Below are positions 60,792-64,000 of a stretch of 64,000 nt of DNA, one piece after another; position 1 is the stretch's first letter, and each line of letters starts with the position of its first letter. The notes under the pieces were generated by a model. It saw only the letters and a program-made list of their open reading frames with translations, ran no database searches and was not told where the DNA came from. This DNA is from a bacterium (GTDB lineage Bacteria > Electryoneota > Electryoneia > Electryoneales > Electryoneaceae): contig OY769902.1 of the NCBI GenBank assembly GCA_963669175.1, forward strand, positions 3,616,001 to 3,680,000, given 5' to 3'. Position numbers and translations under genes: made by a program.

Positions 60792-61274
60792 GTGAGGTCA
60801 AAGGAAAATACGATTAGCTTTGAAGAAGCGAAAAACTGCCTCTCATACGAAGAATACAACCGTTTACTTTCGGAGTGTGAACTGCAGCAGATAGAACTGG
60901 TCAGTCTTTCTTCAAAGAAATTTGGATCATATGAAAATAAGTCCTTTAAATTGGAACCGAACTTAACACATAAATACTTTAAGACAAAGAAAAATCAATC
61001 CTATAAATTTGAGACTAATTTTTCTTTACATTCTTATGAGGCGAGAGATAATTCTAAGGGAAGTGATTCTAAGCGTGATAAACTAGTAGAGATACAGTGT
61101 AAGTATAATATCTATCTTACTACAGATAATGATTTACCTGAGGAATTTTTAGTAATTTACATTAACCTAACTTTAGGTTTAGTAATATGGCCTTTTATCA
61201 GAGAAATGGTTGTCGATATATCGCAAAAAATGATGCTACCACCTATCATTCTTCCTATGATAAGAGTAGGATAA
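60792..61274 (+). CDS. SecB-like chaperone (third component of a TAC system)
   Basis: GGAGG RBS then GTG; ELQQIELVSL...VEIQCKYNI...IWPFIREMVVDISQKMMLPPIILP resembles the SecB C-terminal (F/W)PY.RE...(G/M).PP..LP motif. Confidence 0.75.
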   Translation: MRSKENTISFEEAKNCLSYEEYNRLLSECELQQIELVSLSSKKFGSYENKSFKLEPNLTHKYFKTKKNQSYKFETNFSLHSYEARDNSKGSDSKRDKLVEIQCKYNIYLTTDNDLPEEFLVIYINLTLGLVIWPFIREMVVDISQKMMLPPIILPMIRVG

Positions 61275-61356
61275 CACAAAATCCCTTAAGATATTGATGT
61301 ATTGGTATTTCTCAAGACACCTAGAAATGGGTGTCTTTTCTCTTGCCATGAAGGAT

Positions 61357-61577
61357 AAAAAAAATCGGACGACCGAAGAGCCGTCCGAACAAGAGTATTT
61401 TCGAAAGTCAGTGGGAAGAGGCCACCTATCAACCACTGTCTTTCACGAAACCAGGGGAGGGCCTGGCTTCGCCATCCGGTTTCACCCGCTCGGGTGGCGA
61501 AACGTGGTGCGCCCTAGGACGCCGCATCCCCGCACCTAAACGTCTGTCGAAGCGCTCACACGTTTCGTCGCCCTTGC
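61357..61577 (-). ncRNA. Putative ~220-nt sigma54-dependent multibranch ncRNA with terminator
   Basis: GCAAGGG/CUCUUGU closing stem, four internal hairpins and terminator UCGGACGG..UCGUCCGA-U8. Confidence 0.6.
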
Positions 61578-61587
61578 TACACCTTTT

Positions 61588-61603
61588 TGCAAGCGACAGA
61601 CCA
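61588..61603 (-). promoter_or_regulatory. Probable sigma54 promoter
   Basis: Minus strand TGGTCTGTCGCTTGCA: GG-N10-GC spacing with perfect TTGCA; -24 partly degenerate. Confidence 0.55.
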
Positions 61604-61970
61604 GTTTGGTATTATCGGGCTTCTGGAGACCTCCCCTGAATATTTCACGAGATAGAACCTCTACTAGCAAACACATACATCATCACTAATCCGGGGCTGG
61701 GTATCCTGTGCACACAGGTGGGAACGACGTGCGCAGTTTTGTATTATTATCCGTCCCATAGAGTTGATTCACTGTATCAGCCCACCTTCCAGCGCAGTTG
61801 TCTTCATCCTGCAATGCCTGCTACAGTGAGAAGCAGACGAATTCTCCACGGGACTTTTTACCTTGGTTAGCGTAGTCCCCCTTGGTATATTAAAGGTTTA
61901 GAAAATTTGGGAGTTCATGGGAACTCCCGCATGGTTGTAACGTACCAAACGCAACACATATGGGGTCGCT

Positions 61971-62996
61971 ATGCGAGTGCTGATCACCGGAGGCGCTGGG
62001 TTTATTGGATCAAACCTCGTGCATTACCTGGTAAGACTCCGTCCTGAGTGGGAGATTGTCAACCTGGACGCACTCACCTATGCCGGAAACCTGGAAAACC
62101 TGACTGCGATTGAGAACCACCCCGGCTATACTTTCGTCCATGCTGATATTACCGATGACAAGGCTGTCGCAGCCACTCTCGACAAATACAGGCCGGATGC
62201 GATCATGCATCTCGCGGCTGAATCGCATGTTGACCGTTCTGTTCATGGCGCTCAAGTATTTGTCCATACCAACGTCATGGGAACACAAATCCTGCTGGAT
62301 CATTTCCGCAGGGTGAATCCGGATGGACGTTTTCTCCAGGTATCCACGGATGAAGTCTATGGCTCGCTTGGGCCTGAAGGCTATTTCACCGAAGAAACTT
62401 CATTGGCGCCCAATAGCCCCTATTCGGCTTCCAAGACTGGCGCTGACATGCTGGTGCGAGCTGCGCACCACACGCACGGTATGGACACGGTCATTACCCG
62501 GTGCAGCAATAACTACGGCCCATACCAGTTCCCTGAGAAGTTAATCCCGCTTATGATCGCCAACGCCATGGCCGGGAAGCAGCTACCTGTCTACGGTGAT
62601 GGGATGAATGTCCGGGACTGGTTATACGTCGAGGATCATTGTTCTGCACTGGTGACCGTCCTGGAAAAGGGGAAAGCCGGTGAGGTATACAATATTGGTG
62701 GTCACAACGAAAGGGCTAACCTGCATATTGTCAAGCTGATCCTCCAGCATTTGGGGGCGTCGGAAGAGCTGATCCATTTTGTCACGGATCGTCCCGGCCA
62801 TGACCGTCGTTATGCGATTGATGCAGGCAAGATAGAACGTGAACTGGGCTGGACACCGAGCCGTACCTTTGAGCAAGCGCTTCCGGCTACGATTGAGTGG
62901 TACAAGGATAACCAGGAATGGGTACAGCGTGTCATGAGTGGTGAATATCAGAAGTATTACCAGGATATGTACGGAAGCAGGCTGGCATCCGAGTAA
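61971..62996 (+). CDS. rfbB: dTDP-glucose 4,6-dehydratase
   Basis: TGGAGFIGS, DALTYAGN, AAESHVDRS, STDEVYG, PYSASK and DRPGHDRRY. Confidence 0.95.
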   Translation: MRVLITGGAGFIGSNLVHYLVRLRPEWEIVNLDALTYAGNLENLTAIENHPGYTFVHADITDDKAVAATLDKYRPDAIMHLAAESHVDRSVHGAQVFVHTNVMGTQILLDHFRRVNPDGRFLQVSTDEVYGSLGPEGYFTEETSLAPNSPYSASKTGADMLVRAAHHTHGMDTVITRCSNNYGPYQFPEKLIPLMIANAMAGKQLPVYGDGMNVRDWLYVEDHCSALVTVLEKGKAGEVYNIGGHNERANLHIVKLILQHLGASEELIHFVTDRPGHDRRYAIDAGKIERELGWTPSRTFEQALPATIEWYKDNQEWVQRVMSGEYQKYYQDMYGSRLASE

Positions 62997-62999
62997 AAC

Positions 63000-64000
63000 A
63001 TGCGCACAAAATGGCTTACATCGATTTTTCTGGTTGCACTCCTCGCCTTGACCGCTGCCGGTCAACCGGTTCCGCTGGGTGATCGGGTCTATACCCTCCT
63101 GGATGCAGGCTATAGTCGTGGTCTCATTACGGATGGAGCGATAACCCAGCTTCCCCTGATGCGTTCGGAAGTGGCGTTCTACCTGGTGGAAATGGAAGAT
63201 GCCCGGCAGGATGGGCATTACCTCCCCTCCGCCCTTAGGGACGAACTAGCTCAACAGCTCCGCTGGTATAAACGGGAAGTAGACAAGATCGTTGAAGACA
63301 AGTGGTGGACCAATGTCACCCCTGGTAAAGCCAAACTCGCACGTCTTACCGGAAATCCACTGGTAAATTCACTCTGGTCCGGCATCATTTTGGCCGAAAA
63401 CGGGCACATTCTTGATCTCACGTTTAATGAGAATGTGTGGCTGACGGCAGATCCTACATATGCATTTGATTATTATCATCTTCCTTATCAAGACGACGTA
63501 CTCAACCGTCGCTGGGGATTCGTTTTCGAAGCGAGTACAGCGGATTGGGCCAAGGTGTATCTGCGCTGGCGAGATGTGGCAGAATGGGGCAATGGTCCTT
63601 ATTTCCACTGGAATGTAAGAGATGCGCTCTATGATAATCGCGCCGGGTACCTGAATCCCAATGCGGAAAACCTGGTTGCTTATGAAGATTTTTGCGGTGG
63701 TGTGGTAGTCGAGAAGGCCCCCTTCACTCTTTTCTTCGGACGGGATGTTGTCCGCTGGGGACCGGGCCGGTTTGGCAACCTGATGATGGGCGGCGAAGCT
63801 CCCACGTTCGCCCATCTCAAACTAACAGCAAACCTGTCGCATAAAGTACGCTACACCTATTTGCATGGTTCGCTGCATCAGTGGCCGGAAATTGCGGACA
63901 CGCTGTATACGGCATCATCAGGACGTGTCAGAAGACATTTGGAAGAGAAGTATATTGCCGGGCACAGGTTGGATATGAAAGTATTCCACTGGTTGAATCT
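63000..64000 (+). CDS. Capsule assembly Wzi-family outer membrane protein (partial, runs off window)
   Basis: ATG at 63000 with signal peptide MRTKWLTSIFLVALLALTAAG; later FFGRDVVRWGPGRFGNLMMG and KYIAGHRLD motifs. Confidence 0.72.
   Translation, partial: MRTKWLTSIFLVALLALTAAGQPVPLGDRVYTLLDAGYSRGLITDGAITQLPLMRSEVAFYLVEMEDARQDGHYLPSALRDELAQQLRWYKREVDKIVEDKWWTNVTPGKAKLARLTGNPLVNSLWSGIILAENGHILDLTFNENVWLTADPTYAFDYYHLPYQDDVLNRRWGFVFEASTADWAKVYLRWRDVAEWGNGPYFHWNVRDALYDNRAGYLNPNAENLVAYEDFCGGVVVEKAPFTLFFGRDVVRWGPGRFGNLMMGGEAPTFAHLKLTANLSHKVRYTYLHGSLHQWPEIADTLYTASSGRVRRHLEEKYIAGHRLDMKVFHWLN

Overview
Chromosomal window from a moderately GC-rich Gram-negative bacterium, probably in the FCB superphylum. 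This placement is an inference from three proteins with T9SS/Por-type C-terminal domains, an acidic lipoprotein export signal and a TonB-dependent receptor. Housekeeping content: buk-iorAB, ggt, ruvA, fixCX, glgC, a biotin carboxylase/BCCP pair, pcm, alkA, pheST-zapB-zapA-6S RNA-rny, rfbB, a partial wzi-like gene and 4 tRNAs. Mobile DNA: a RAYT transposase between REP blocks plus an orphan third block, an IS630 element with a -1 frameshift inserted into a stop codon, and two abutting CTAG-delimited MITEs. A low-GC HicA-HicB-SecB-like toxin-antitoxin-chaperone (TAC) operon follows rny. The most striking unexplained signal is three intergenic, apparently non-coding, highly structured RNAs, each directly behind a sigma54-type -24/-12 promoter whose predicted +1 falls at or within a few nt of the RNA's closing helix. 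(1) A ~590-nt RNA (14142->13550) carries 10 exact GCACGR motifs and about 10 variants, and looks like a protein sponge. (2) A ~250-nt two-domain RNA lies at 50010-50256. (3) A ~220-nt multibranch RNA (61577->61357) has an apical loop that is perfectly complementary over 13 nt to a hairpin of RNA 2. All RNA calls were made by eye and are untested.
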